Notes under the pieces: generated by a model
What the model was told of the DNA's origin: nothing
The model's database searches: none
The model's input: the letters and a program-made list of their open reading frames with translations, nothing else
Translations under genes and position numbers: made by a program
Part shown: positions 9,678-20,886 of the stretch, piece after piece
How the letters are laid out: the number at the start of each line of letters is the position of its first letter
Numbering within the stretch: the first letter of the stretch is position 1
NCBI GenBank assembly: GCA_963719515.1
Contig: CAVRCJ010000018.1
Coordinates: 1 to 64,000, forward strand
Source of the DNA: an uncultured cyanobacterium
GTDB taxonomy: Bacteria > Cyanobacteriota > Cyanobacteriia > CAKZMO01
Direction: 5' to 3'
Length of the DNA stretch: 64,000 bases

Positions 9678-11795
9678 ATGCTGCTTTTAGTAGAACCCGT
9701 TTCCGCAACCCTGCGAGAGCCCGTCACCACCTTTGTGCTGCTGCTGGCCATTGTGCTGATTGTCCCGCCCATATTCGAGCGCCTGCGGCTGCCGGGGCTG
9801 GTGGGGCTGCTGGCCGCTGGCGCGCTGTTTGGCAGCAGCGGCCTGGGGTGGCTGCGGGCTGACTCTGAGACGATGACCCTACTCTCGGATATTGGCAAGA
9901 TTTATCTGATGTTTGTCGCGGGTCTAGAAATTGACCTGGCCCTGTTTCAAAAAACCCGCAATCGCTCTATGGCTTTCGGCGCGGCTACGTTTGCGCTACC
10001 GCTGCTGGGGGGCATTGGGGTGGGGCTGGTGCTGGGCTACGGCTGGCTGGCTGCCGTGCTCATTGGGTCGCTGCTGGCCTCCCACACGCTGCTGGCCTAC
10101 CCCATCGTGCAGCGGCTGGGGGTAGTGAGCAACGAGGCGGTAACGGTGACGGTGGGGGCGACGATCTTCACCGATGTGGTCGCGCTGCTGGTGCTGGCCA
10201 TTTGCCTGGGCATCAACCAGGGAGACTTTTCTACGGTAAAGCTGCTCACCCTGCTGGGGTCTTTGGCGCTGTATGCGATCGCCGTCTTAGTGGGGCTGAA
10301 GCGTCTAGGGCAGCTCTTTTTCCGCAAAACGGGTCAAGACGAGGGCAACCAGTTTCTATTTGTGATGCTGTCGGTATTTTTGTGTGCCCTGGTGGCCCAG
10401 CTAATTGGCGTCGAAAGTATCATCGGGGCCTTCCTGGCGGGGCTGGCCATCAACAGCATTGTTGGGGATGGCCCGGTTAAAGAGAAAACCGAGTTTTTGG
10501 GCAGCGTCCTGTTTATCCCCATGTTTTTTGTGGCCATGGGGCTGCTGCTCGACCTCGAAGTATTCGAGAGCCTGCTGTCGTTCATCGAGGTGCCGCTGCT
10601 GATCGTGTCGACGCTGCTGGTGACCAAGCTGCTGGCGGCCCTCTTAATGCGGCAGCTGTTTGGCTATAGCTGGCCGCAAACCTGGACGATGTGGTCGCTG
10701 TCGGTGCCCCAGGTGGCGGCCACTCTGGCAGCGGCGCTGGTGGGCTATGAGGCGGAAATCATCAACGCCCAGGTGTTTAACAGCGTCATTTTACTGATGC
10801 TGGTGACGTCTATCTTAGGGCCGCTGGTGACGGCGCGCACCGCCCGACAGATAGTAGACCATGAGAGCATCGACGGCCCCCAGCTGCTGGACTGGCTGCC
10901 CCCCCCCGACAAAACTCCGGAGTCCTTCTCGGTGGTGGTGCCCGTCTACAACCCCGACACCGAGCGATCGCTGCTAGAATTGGCCGCTGCGGTGGCCCGC
11001 TACGAAAATGGCCGAGTGATTCCCCTGGCGATCGCCCTCGCCCAGCCCCAAATGGATTCTCCCCAGCTGGCCCGAGCGGTGGCTCGCAGCCGCCAGCGCC
11101 TCGAGGCGGCTGAAGCTATCGGCGAGGAGTTCCATGCCTCCGTTGACCCCAAACTACGAATTGAGTACAACGTGGCCCAAGCTATTTGCCACGTGAGCCG
11201 CGAAGAGGACGCTAACTTAATTATTTTGGGTATGGGGCGGCGATCGCGGCTGGGGGCGAAGCTGTTTAGCCCCGTTCAGGACGATGTGCTGTGGGCGGCC
11301 CACTGCCCTGTGGTCGCGGTCCAGCTCCGAGAGCCCCTCGCAGCGATTAAAACCCTGCTGCTGCCCATCGAAACCCCGTCGCCCCTAGCGCTGCGATCGC
11401 TGCGGTTTGCCCAGGTGCTGGCCAGCAGCAATCAGGCAACAATTACCCTGCTGCACGTCCACAGCCCGCGCGCCTCGGCGGTGCACCGCGCCCGGCTGCA
11501 AAAGCAGCTAGATCTGCTGGTAGGCCGACTGCCCGCGGCGAGCTGCCCCATCGAGATTCAGCTGCTGGCCAGCGATAGCGTAGTGACGGCGATCGCAAAG
11601 ACGTCTCGCGAGTATGATCTGGTTGTCCTGAGGCTACAGCGCCGCCGGGTAGGCAACGGCTTTGCCCGCGGCGAGACGACCTCGCCGCTGCTCAAACGCC
11701 TAAAGACGTCGATGATTTTGGTGGGAGAGCCCCACCCTAAGCGGTTGCGATCGGCCCAGCGGGAGCAGTCGGGAGGGGGTAGCGCGATGCGCTAG
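9678..11795 (+). CDS. Cation:proton antiporter (CPA2) with C-terminal USP-like domains
   Basis: About 12 TM segments, IFTD motif, soluble tail with USP-like pattern. Confidence 0.85.
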   Translation: MLLLVEPVSATLREPVTTFVLLLAIVLIVPPIFERLRLPGLVGLLAAGALFGSSGLGWLRADSETMTLLSDIGKIYLMFVAGLEIDLALFQKTRNRSMAFGAATFALPLLGGIGVGLVLGYGWLAAVLIGSLLASHTLLAYPIVQRLGVVSNEAVTVTVGATIFTDVVALLVLAICLGINQGDFSTVKLLTLLGSLALYAIAVLVGLKRLGQLFFRKTGQDEGNQFLFVMLSVFLCALVAQLIGVESIIGAFLAGLAINSIVGDGPVKEKTEFLGSVLFIPMFFVAMGLLLDLEVFESLLSFIEVPLLIVSTLLVTKLLAALLMRQLFGYSWPQTWTMWSLSVPQVAATLAAALVGYEAEIINAQVFNSVILLMLVTSILGPLVTARTARQIVDHESIDGPQLLDWLPPPDKTPESFSVVVPVYNPDTERSLLELAAAVARYENGRVIPLAIALAQPQMDSPQLARAVARSRQRLEAAEAIGEEFHASVDPKLRIEYNVAQAICHVSREEDANLIILGMGRRSRLGAKLFSPVQDDVLWAAHCPVVAVQLREPLAAIKTLLLPIETPSPLALRSLRFAQVLASSNQATITLLHVHSPRASAVHRARLQKQLDLLVGRLPAASCPIEIQLLASDSVVTAIAKTSREYDLVVLRLQRRRVGNGFARGETTSPLLKRLKTSMILVGEPHPKRLRSAQREQSGGGSAMR

Positions 11796-11935
11796 AGCGA
11801 GCGCCGGAGCGCGCCGGAGCGCCGGGGCTAGAGAGTTGCGCCATGGGGTACAGCGCCGTTACCAGTTCCGCAACCGGGTCCAATAGGCAGCTCTCAATAT
11901 GTATTCATTGAGGAGAACTCCGCTGGCATCCAACG

Positions 11936-12850
11936 ATGAAACATCCGCTTCAGATTCGGCATATCTCTTGGCTAGGGCCGCTGGTCGGTCTGATTTTAAT
12001 GGCAGGCTGCAGCACCGCCAAAATCGCTTCTGAAAGCGACATTCAGCCGCAGGCCGGGTCTGCCCCAACGGCCGCCTCAGCTGAATCGTCCAACGACCTG
12101 GCTGCTGAGTCAGCGGCTTTGACCCGCTTAGAAGCCCCCGCCTCGGCCCCCCAGCTGGCAAAGCGGGCAGACGTTACGCTACGGGTCAGCTCAGTGGCTG
12201 AGGCCATCGACGGGGCGATCGCCATCGCCCGCGCTCAGCAGGGAGATATTTTGACCCTAGAGGACAGTACTCCCGAATCGTCAGTGGCACGTCGGCAGGC
12301 TTTTGTGCAAATTCGGGTGCCCCAATCCCAGCTGGACACCCTGCTCAAAGAGCTAGCCGAGCTGGGAACGGTGCAGCAGCGGATGATCACCGCTGAGGAT
12401 GTGTCTACCCAGCTGGTGGACCTAGACGCTCGCCTGCGCAACCTGCGTAAAACCGAGGAGCTATTGCTGGGCATTATGGAGCGGTCGGGGGATGTGGCCG
12501 ATGTGCTGCAGGTGGCTCAGGAGGTGAGCACCGTGCGGGCCTCTATTGAGCAGATTGACGCCCAGCTGAAGACGCTCCGCAACCGGGTGAGCTACTCTAC
12601 GGTGTCGATTCGGTTGGAGTCGGCGATCGCCGCCAGTACGTCGCCTCTGGCCCTGCGCGATGAGCTGGGCAACACCTGGCAGCGGGCCACCCTATCGTTT
12701 CGCGATGTGTCGGTGGGGCTGATGAAGCTGGTGACCTGGCTGCTGGTGTACAGCCCTTACCTTGCGATAATTTTGCTGGCTGGGTTTGGCGTCTATCGCC
12801 TGCGGCGACGCACCCACGCGTCAGAGCCAGATACCAACGCGAGCGCCTAA
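11936..12850 (+). CDS. DUF4349 family lipoprotein
   Basis: Lipobox MAGC, IRVP, EDVSTQLVD motif, coiled coil, C-terminal TM. Confidence 0.8.
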   Translation: MKHPLQIRHISWLGPLVGLILMAGCSTAKIASESDIQPQAGSAPTAASAESSNDLAAESAALTRLEAPASAPQLAKRADVTLRVSSVAEAIDGAIAIARAQQGDILTLEDSTPESSVARRQAFVQIRVPQSQLDTLLKELAELGTVQQRMITAEDVSTQLVDLDARLRNLRKTEELLLGIMERSGDVADVLQVAQEVSTVRASIEQIDAQLKTLRNRVSYSTVSIRLESAIAASTSPLALRDELGNTWQRATLSFRDVSVGLMKLVTWLLVYSPYLAIILLAGFGVYRLRRRTHASEPDTNASA

Positions 12851-13012
12851 TGCTGCCCGAGGTCTCGCCTGCTTGAGCTAAACGCCGTGCAGAGGTTCCG
12901 CTGTGGTCACGTCCGGGGAAAAGTTGGCGGCCCGATAAGCGAATTGGCTTATCTTTGCTAAAGTAAATCACCAGCGACAGACCTTAATTGACAAACCCCT
13001 CGGGACTACGCC

Positions 13013-13936
13013 ATGGTTGCCCAAACCGCTGACTCAGCTTCTCCAACCCTGTCCTGCATAGGCGGCACCGTACAGACGTTTCGGTGGCAGTGGCAAGGGC
13101 AGCGCCTCACCATCGCCACCGAAACGTTAGGGAAGGGCGACCCGGTGCTGCTGCTGCCCGCGTTTAGCACTGTCTCTACCCGGGCCGAACTCAAGACGCT
13201 GGCCGAGCGCATTGCCCCTCAGCGCCAAGCGATCGCCCTCGACTGGCCCGGCTTTGGCCAATCCGATCGCCCCCCGCTCGACTATGGCCCCGCCCTCTAC
13301 ACCCAGTTTTTGCAGGACTTTGTGGCGACGATTTTCGAGACCAGATCCTTTAATATCGTCGCCGCCGGACATGCGGCTGGCTATGCCCTGCACCTGGCGG
13401 CCAAACGGCCTGAGGGGCTGCGCGGCCTGGTGCTGGTCGCCCCCACCTGGCGCGGCCCCTTTGCGGTGATGGGGGTGCCGCCAGCGGTGCGAACCGGGGT
13501 CAAAGCGCTGGTGCGATCGCCTCTCGTCGGTCAGGCCCTCTATAGCCTCAACACCCAGCCCGGCTTTCTCAAGTGGATGTACAGCCGCCACGTTTTTGTG
13601 GATGACGCCCAGCTGACGCCAGAGTATATTGAGCAGCGCCACCAGAGCACCCAGCAGCCCGGAGGCCGCTATGCCCCTGCGGCGTTTGTCACAGGAGGGC
13701 TGGACCCCGCCGAGGAGCGAGCGACCTTTCTGGGCTACGCTCAGCAGGCCACCTGCCCGCTAATGGCGATTGTGGCGGAGCAGGCACCGGCGGCCTCCAA
13801 AGCGGAAATGGAGGCGATCGCTAATCTGCCTGGGGTCCAGTCTGCGCGTCTCCCCGGTACCCTGGGTCTGGCGGAGGAATACGGCGCTGCGGTGGCTGAA
13901 GCGGTCTTGCCGTTTTTAGGAGGCTTGTCCGCGTGA
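13013..13936 (+). CDS. Alpha/beta-fold hydrolase
   Basis: LLLPAFSTVS, DWPGFG, AAGHAAGY motifs. Confidence 0.85.
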   Translation: MVAQTADSASPTLSCIGGTVQTFRWQWQGQRLTIATETLGKGDPVLLLPAFSTVSTRAELKTLAERIAPQRQAIALDWPGFGQSDRPPLDYGPALYTQFLQDFVATIFETRSFNIVAAGHAAGYALHLAAKRPEGLRGLVLVAPTWRGPFAVMGVPPAVRTGVKALVRSPLVGQALYSLNTQPGFLKWMYSRHVFVDDAQLTPEYIEQRHQSTQQPGGRYAPAAFVTGGLDPAEERATFLGYAQQATCPLMAIVAEQAPAASKAEMEAIANLPGVQSARLPGTLGLAEEYGAAVAEAVLPFLGGLSA

Positions 13937-16914
13937 CTGGCCACAATTGCACAACACAGGTCCTAGAGACCTGCGGCAAAAATATCTCGCAAGAGTTGAT
14001 TTCTAATCTCTTTTACCTGGTCTGGTCGAGTCTGTAGACTATCGAACCCATCTGATGGTACTGACAGGCGACGAATGGCATCTTTACAGTCTTGAAGATA
14101 CTCTTGCAGGTTACCGTTGTAGCGGATTTGCCCTCCGAGCAGGGCTTGACTAGACTGGCTTTTCCCCAATCGACACCTCTGCGCTGCATGAACGTCCTCT
14201 AGCAACGACTCTATCTCTTGCTGATACGATGCTCTTGCCTCTTTAGTCTGTAGCAGCAGCAGCAGCTTTAGAGATACTGCTGCAAAGATGCGGCCCAAAT
14301 CGGCGATTTCAGTGACGCGGTGAGGATAGAGCTCACGAACTGAAAAGACCTCTCCGCGCTCATCCCCTACGGGCTTAAAATTTCGGCTAACTCTGAATTT
14401 TGGTTCCGCTGAGTCTACTGTAGCGCCATCGTCGGGCGTAGACACTGTTTCCAGGTTACAGCCATCGTCGGCGATCGCCCAAGCGTAGTTAAACAAACGG
14501 TGAGCGCGGGTCAGCTTGTTGATCCAGTCCTCTAAGGTTTCCAGTTGAGTGTCCATATCGGTCTTGTCATCTTTGTTGAGGAATTCGTGTTTGTTATCAC
14601 TGCACAGATGAAAAAGCCCCCGGGCAAAGTACAGATAGCAGGCGTTGGGACCAAACAAGTAGATAGTCTCGTCTGGGTTGCCGGAAGATCCCTGTACATC
14701 CGCGCGCCGCACCGACTGCAGCAGCATATCTAAGTTGAGGACGTTAATTTCCTCTGTGGAAGCGCTTTGGGGTTGAAGAATGTTGAGTCCAGCATCCCCC
14801 TCATGAAACGACTCGCGCAGCACAGGAATATCTTCAATAGCGTAAGTTTCGTCGGTTTCCTGCGACGATTTTTTTAGGCCGCTTTTCTCCTTAATGCGAT
14901 AATAGCAGCGCCTGCCCGTCTCGGCATAAAACACGATAGCGTGGTCGCGGAGCTGCTTGGCGCGCTCTAAGCACTCGCCTTGGGTAAGGGTAAAGTCGAG
15001 ATCGTACTCGCTATGCTGGCAACGAACTACCGGCGTCTCTAGGCTACTAAACGCCGCCATTATATAGGCCCAGCACTGATAGCTCGTGTAGTAAGCGTAC
15101 AGGGCGCTGTTGCCATCGCTACCCGCATAGACTCGCGCCTTTTCGAGCAGGTAAATTTGCCCGGCGCGAATGACGTCTACCCGCTTGCGCGTCATACCGC
15201 TGTCTGCTGCATCACAGATATCGAGCGGAATGCGAAGCTGGGCAGGCTGCTGGTCTTTGGGTACCTTTCTAGGGAAAAAAATCAGCAGTTTGGCCCTTAG
15301 AAAGTAAATCTGGGCTAAGAGTTGATGGTGAGGTGTAAAGCGGGCCTGGGAGTACTCGTTGATAATGGTGTACTTAGCTAGCCGCACTTGGACATGGTCC
15401 TCGGCGCTGTTCAATGCATCCCAGGCGTATTCGGCGATCAGCCTAGTTTGGCTCAGGTCTTGCCCTTGGGAGGCCAGTTCCCACAGGTATTCAGAACGCT
15501 CTTGGGTTTCGAAGTCTAAGTCAAGCTGGTAATAATAGGCTGCTCGGCAGAGCTCGTAGCGAATTAGGCGAGCCCCCGAAAATAGCTCAAACTCATCTTC
15601 GCCATCGCCCTGGCCACGCTCAAAGCGGTTGAGCCATTTCCTACCCTGGGAAGAGTAGGCCGCAAACTCAAATGTTGTGGCCAACTGGTGTAGGTAGGGG
15701 TAGGCCTGGCGGTATCCCCCTTCCACTAAAAACGTTTCCGCCATTGTCAAGTAGGCATCGTAAATAATTTCAACCGCTTCACCAGTTTGGCCGTCGTGCT
15801 TAAGCAAGTTGGCTGTTTGAAGCTGCGCCTGCTGCGCTAGGGTGGAAAATGGGTAGGAAGTGACCCGCGATCGCGCTTGATGGAGCAGGTCTTGCTGCAC
15901 GACCCGACGACAGAGCTGACGAATGTATGTTTCAGGGTCAATGCCTGTAGCTTTAATTGCCTGCAGCCGCGACTGCAATACCGCCCGAGTGCTGCTAAGC
16001 AACAAGTCAAACTCGCAGTAGTCGCCGCGACCCACCACATCAGCGTAGGCAAACTGTCCATAGGGGCGGATGGTCCTAGCCCGAGCGCTCTCATTCATCG
16101 CTTGGCACAAGAAGTTGCGATCGCACAGAAGGGCCAAGCTATGGGACCAAGTGGGCGACGAGACGTTGTTGCCCTCAAACACCTGGTTAATCATCACGTC
16201 GTGTGCGATGGGGAAATAGTCTCGTAAGCATGTGATATCGCCAATCAACGCCTTGTTGAGAATCTTGATCACCTGGGAGAGCGTCCCTCCAATGCCGGAG
16301 CTGCTAACGGCAAAGTTAAAGTGGACTCGGTCCTCTACCACCTCGATCATGCGCTGAAACGCTTCTTGACCGTAAAGCTCAGGGCAATCGCGAAGCTCGT
16401 CTTGGGTAAACCGCACCTGAAACTGCACCGTGACGCGGTAAGAATGGCGCTTGGCTAGAGTAGAAATATCGCGATCGCGCCAGTCTGTGAGTTTATGTGG
16501 GTTGTCGCTATTCCGCTCAGCGCCGTTTGCTACATCAAGCGACAGCAGGCCAAAGTCGAGCAGGGTGTCTTTCTCTCGCAGCGGAAATGGGCCTACGCTT
16601 TCAACAGAGACGGCGCTCACCACGATGGGGAAGCTTTCCCGAATGGTACGGTTTGCTTTGACAGACTGTGCTAGCCGAAACAAAAACGACCGACTCAAGT
16701 AGCGCAGGATGTAACTTTCGTCGGCGATTTCACCCCGGAAATAGAGAGGGCGGATTCCGCCCTTGACTAGGATGCTGCGTACGGCACCGATTACGGAGGG
16801 GTAATGCTTGCTGTCGTTACCGGTGAGTAGGCCGCGAAGAAAGGCCTCAATTTCTTGGCGATTGGCGAAGCCCTCGCGAGGCGAAGGACTGTCGCCCATG
16901 CCTATAGAGGTTTT

Positions 16915-17760
16915 GGTAGTGCATTAGTGTAAAGGATAGAGGATAGTAAGCTATATCTGTGTATTCGGCGAAAGCATGATGCCAATAAAGCCAGAAATGA
17001 CCTGCCCCACTTGTGGCTCTCACGACATCTCGAAGAACGGCATGACGCGCCGTGGCAAGCAGAACTACAAGTGCCGAGACTGCAACCGTCAGTTCGTCGA
17101 AGACCCTCAGTGGAAGCCAAAAGACAAACATGACCTGAGCTTAGTCAATTTACTGCTGCTAGAAAGACTCGCATTGGCAGGCATCGCTAGAGTGGCAGGC
17201 GTGTCAGAGAGTTGGCTTCAAAGCTATGTCAATGACACCTATGCGGCGGTCTCGAAGATAGCGGTGGTGACACCTAAAGCCAAGGGTAAGCTTCGTGTGC
17301 AAATGGATGAGCTGTGGTCATTTGTCGATAACAAAGGGAACAAGCAGTGGGTCTGGCTAGCGATGGATGTTCAAACGCGAGAAATCATCGGGTGCTACAT
17401 CGGCGATCGCTCGCGGAAGTCAGCTAGGCGACTATGGCAGTCACTACCGGGTGTGTACAGACAGTGTGCGAAGGTTTACACAGACTATTGGGAAGCCTAC
17501 GAGACGGTTATTCCTAGCAAGCGGCATTGTGCTGTAGGTAAAGACAGTGGATTGACTAGCTACATAGAACGGTTCAACAACACATTGAGACAGCGCGTGT
17601 CGCGGCTAGTGAGAAGGGCATTATCCTTCTCTAAGAAGATAGAGAATCACGTAGGTGCGATTTGGACTTTCATTCATGAGTACAATCGTTTGGTCCAGGC
17701 AAGGAGAGTTAACTGTCTTGACCCTGATGTTTTCTCTATCCTTTACTAAAATGCACTACC
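16915..17760 (+). mobile_element. IS1-family insertion sequence
   Basis: Terminal inverted repeats GGTAGTGCATT..GTAAAGGATAG; 8-bp TSD GAGGTTTT at 16907-16914 and 17761-17768. Confidence 0.95.
16976..17749 (+). CDS. IS1 transposase, InsA and InsB fused in one frame
   Basis: CPTC/CRDC Zn ribbon, MDELWSFV, YTDYW, IERFNNTLRQR motifs. Confidence 0.92.
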   Translation: MMPIKPEMTCPTCGSHDISKNGMTRRGKQNYKCRDCNRQFVEDPQWKPKDKHDLSLVNLLLLERLALAGIARVAGVSESWLQSYVNDTYAAVSKIAVVTPKAKGKLRVQMDELWSFVDNKGNKQWVWLAMDVQTREIIGCYIGDRSRKSARRLWQSLPGVYRQCAKVYTDYWEAYETVIPSKRHCAVGKDSGLTSYIERFNNTLRQRVSRLVRRALSFSKKIENHVGAIWTFIHEYNRLVQARRVNCLDPDVFSILY

Positions 17761-18863
17761 GAGGTTTTGTAGAGCTGCAAGATGGCGTCGTTTAGCTCAG
17801 CATCAGTATGGTATAGCCGGGTGTTGAGCAGCATCTGCTGAAGCAACACCTCCTGGTCATTGTTCAGCGACTGAGAGACGGCTCCCTCCGGAAAGATGCT
17901 GCGCTTTTCGTCTGGGCCAAGCTGAATTAGCCGCTGGAAAGCGGCTAGAATTTCCTCCTCGGTTAGGGACTGCCAAAAACCATGGTCCTGCTCTTTGAGG
18001 CGACTGAAGTATCGTACCAAGTCTTCGGGAGAGATCAGGCTTGTCCCATCCCGCAGCTGACTGTAGAGATTCTTCCCCGTCGTCTCGCTGACATTAGGGT
18101 AGAAAAACTTGCTTAGGGTATTCTCGCTGTCGGGCTTGGCTCGGCTACCGTCGGGCGGTCGCCAGCCCTGCCGCGCTAGGTCCGAGCGGTATTGGCGAAA
18201 GCGCTGCAGAATGGCTCGAAACGCCTGCTTTGCTCGTCGTGTCGCTGAGGCACCCCCCGGCTCTGTCTTTCGCGCCCTTTCTTGAGAACCTTGATCTGGA
18301 GGTGACTGCATTTTACAAACATTGTTTAATTCCTTCCGGACGCCCCTTTCAATCTGATGGTCATGATAACGCTTGCTCGAAGAAAAAGCTAAGTGGATGA
18401 AATAAAAACTACTTTCAAGTTCAACGTAGTTACCGATAGAGCTAGATAATGTCGTGCTAGCGGGGAGAGATTGCTGAATGCTGTAGCCAATTACCGCATT
18501 AGCCCTGAGAAAAACGCTACATATAGCGTGAAAGTCAGTAAAGGCCACTTCATGATCTAGTCAGGGAGCAACTAGCCTGTTTTTATTTGAACTAGAAGGG
18601 TTAGCTCGGGGTAAATTTATTAAACCCTTTACTTGCGGCTAAAGACCTTTACTGACAAGGGTTTCAGCCGTATAATCAATTCATATCGATGTGAAGTTGA
18701 TATAAAGCAACCGTGCTAAAGCTTGCCTGAGGCGGCTGTTAATCTAACCAGTTTTGTTCGCAGCCACAAAACGATTTTGGAAAGCTTATGGCCTTTCCTA
18801 GATCTGCTGTACTCTCGACAGGCTTTGATAGCAACTTCTTTACCCCTTACTTGGTATAAGATT

Positions 18864-19070
18864 ATGGTTAACCCCGAAATTGTCCACCCGAGCCACCCAC
18901 ACAATCTGGAATGCCCTCGGTGCGGACACCACAGTATTGTTGTGCAGGGCGAAAGCGTCTATTCCTGTCTGCGGTGCGGATGGCGACGAGACGTTGCCGA
19001 TGAATTGGAGCCGGTGAAATCTGTCATGGCAATCGTGCTTGGCATAATAGGAGTGATAATTCTCCTGTAG
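18864..19070 (+). CDS. Small Zn-ribbon protein with C-terminal TM
   Basis: CPRCG...CLRCG motif and hydrophobic C-terminus. Confidence 0.6.
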   Translation: MVNPEIVHPSHPHNLECPRCGHHSIVVQGESVYSCLRCGWRRDVADELEPVKSVMAIVLGIIGVIILL

Positions 19071-19884
19071 TCAAGAACCTAGATCGCTTATCCCCTTCAC
19101 GGCAGAATTTCCTTACTCGTTTAGGACTACCGCATAACGATGTTGCGTCCCTCCGCTGAAGAGATACCCGACCCAGTCACGCGACCTGTGAGGGGATTGT
19201 AGCTCATGTTCAGATCCGCACGCCGTCTCTGGGGTTGATATCTGCGTACTCATCAGACAAGCCACCATCGGATTCCCGGATGCTGATGGAGAAGGGGATG
19301 GCGGTTTTGGCAATGCTGACGCAAACTGGGCCTGCGCCACGGGCGCTGCCGACAAGAAAAGGTTGTAGCTTGTCCGACTCAGCCCCCAGTTGATGACAGT
19401 CAGGAAGTAGGTTTCTACAGGGAGGCGATCGCTGCGGACAAACTGTGTGGTGTCGAGCTGATTGCTGCGAAGCAGGGTCTGCTGGCGGATGTCTTGAAGC
19501 GATCTCTCGACAGAGGCATCAAGGCTCAGGCCGCTTATATTTGCAAAGAACTGGCTGATGGCATTCGTTCTAAACCGCCACCGGCCCACCACGTCTGAAC
19601 CGCTTAAGCTTCCTCTCACCAGGCGATATCTGGTTGGTTGACGCGACCGCCGTCGTCACTCTGATTGGCTTCATCGACGCCATTGTTGGGTTCGTTTTCA
19701 AATTCGCGAATACACCGGTCCGGGTCTCAAAATTGAGCCGGTACGGCGTGCTACCCGCACCCGTTTTCTGCACTCGCATCAATATGGCTGTCAATGCCCA
19801 GCTCGTCTGAACCAATAATTTGCTCTCACGCTCAAATTTCGTGCGATCGCGTAATAGTATTGTCGCAGTTGACGAGGCCACTGC

Positions 19885-20000
19885 GCTCCCTGCATGCCAC
19901 CAACAACTGCCGCGATAGCCTCCATGCTCTCGGCTACGCCCGCTCCGACGAATAGTCCTGGCCCGTACCTTTGGTTAACACCGACATCGTCCGCAGCCTG
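19885..20000 (+). pseudogene. Remnant of the small-ORF family seen at 42599-42952
   Basis: CAACAACTGCCGCGATAGCCTCCATGCTCTCGGCTACGCCCG nearly identical to 42795-42890; TGG changed to TAG. Confidence 0.8.
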
Positions 20001-20009
20001 GCCCAAAAA

Positions 20010-20095
20010 ATTGGGATACAAGCCCTGTCTTTTAGGAGGCCTTTATATGACAATAATATTCATGAAGTGCCGCCATCAGTACTATATCTATCTGA
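20010..20095 (+). mobile_element. Left-end remnant of an IS200/IS605 tnpB element
   Basis: ATACAAGCCCTGTCTTTTAGGAGGC hairpin-like end followed by MKCRHQYYIY, resembling the TnpB N-terminus MKARYQYRIY. Confidence 0.5.
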
Positions 20096-20283
20096 CAAAC
20101 CCCTTGGGACTACGTCACGGTTGCCCAATAGGGCGATCGGCCTCTAAAGCGGAAATGGAGGCGATCGCAGATCTAGCTGGGGTTCAGTCTGCGCGTCTCC
20201 CCGGTACCCTGGGCCTAGCGGAGGAATACGGCGCTGCGGTGGCCGAAGCGGTCTTGCCGTTTATAGGAGGCTTGTCCGCGTGA
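20093..20283 (+). pseudogene. Internally deleted duplicate of the 13013-13936 hydrolase gene
   Basis: 20093-20128 matches 12989-13024 and 20139-20298 matches 13791-13950. Confidence 0.9.
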
Positions 20284-20759
20284 CTAGCCACAATTACACC
20301 GTCCAGGTCCGGTGGACTGGCAACTTGGGCCAAGGGACGCGCGACTATGAGGCTTACGAGCGGGCCCATGAGATATCCGCAGCAGGCAAGCCCAGCATTG
20401 TGGGGTCGGCTGACCCCGCGTTTCGGGGCGATCCAGCGCGGTACAACCCCGAAGAGCTGCTGGTCGCTTCAATATCGGCCTGCCACATGCTCTGGTATTT
20501 GCACCTGTGCGCCAAAGCAAAAATCGTCGTCACGGCTTACGTCGATGAGGCTTTTGGCTCCATGGCGGTGACCCGAGAGGGCGGGGGGCACTTTACGGCG
20601 GTGGTGCTCAGGCCCCGGGTGACGATTCAAGCGCGGAGTAATGCGGCCAAGGCGGAGCAGCTTCACGAGCGGGCTCATGGGCTGTGCTTTGTGGCTAACT
20701 CGGTCAATTTCCCGGTGAGCTGCGAGCCGACGCTTGCGGTGGGTGAGCGGACGGTCTGA
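20280..20759 (+). CDS. OsmC family protein
   Basis: NPEELLVASISACHMLWYL and CFVANSV motifs. Confidence 0.9.
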   Translation: MTSHNYTVQVRWTGNLGQGTRDYEAYERAHEISAAGKPSIVGSADPAFRGDPARYNPEELLVASISACHMLWYLHLCAKAKIVVTAYVDEAFGSMAVTREGGGHFTAVVLRPRVTIQARSNAAKAEQLHERAHGLCFVANSVNFPVSCEPTLAVGERTV

Positions 20760-20886
20760 GTCGGTCTACGTCAGCTCGCACTTGAGCGGCGGGCCTCGTA
20801 GCGCACCGTGAGGAGTAGCCGCGATCGCCGCGTAGAGGCTAGATGGCGCTTTAAGGGCGATCGCCATAGCGGGTGGGGAAGCCCGA

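Larger units (their letters stand above)
13963..18311 (-). pseudogene. Large (~1164 aa) helical hypothetical protein gene interrupted by IS1
   Basis: Removing the IS and one TSD copy joins ORF 17736-18548 and ORF 13963-16899 in frame (...LYKTSIGMGDSP...); start codon assumed at 18311. Confidence 0.8.

Noticed and set aside
19894..20283. 129-aa ORF in the track as a real gene
   Set aside because: Chance read-through across three unrelated remnants
13791..20298. Diversity-generating retroelement TR/VR pair (also the amidase duplicate)
   Set aside because: Differences are not adenine-specific, the copies are fusions of two gene segments, and no reverse transcriptase is present
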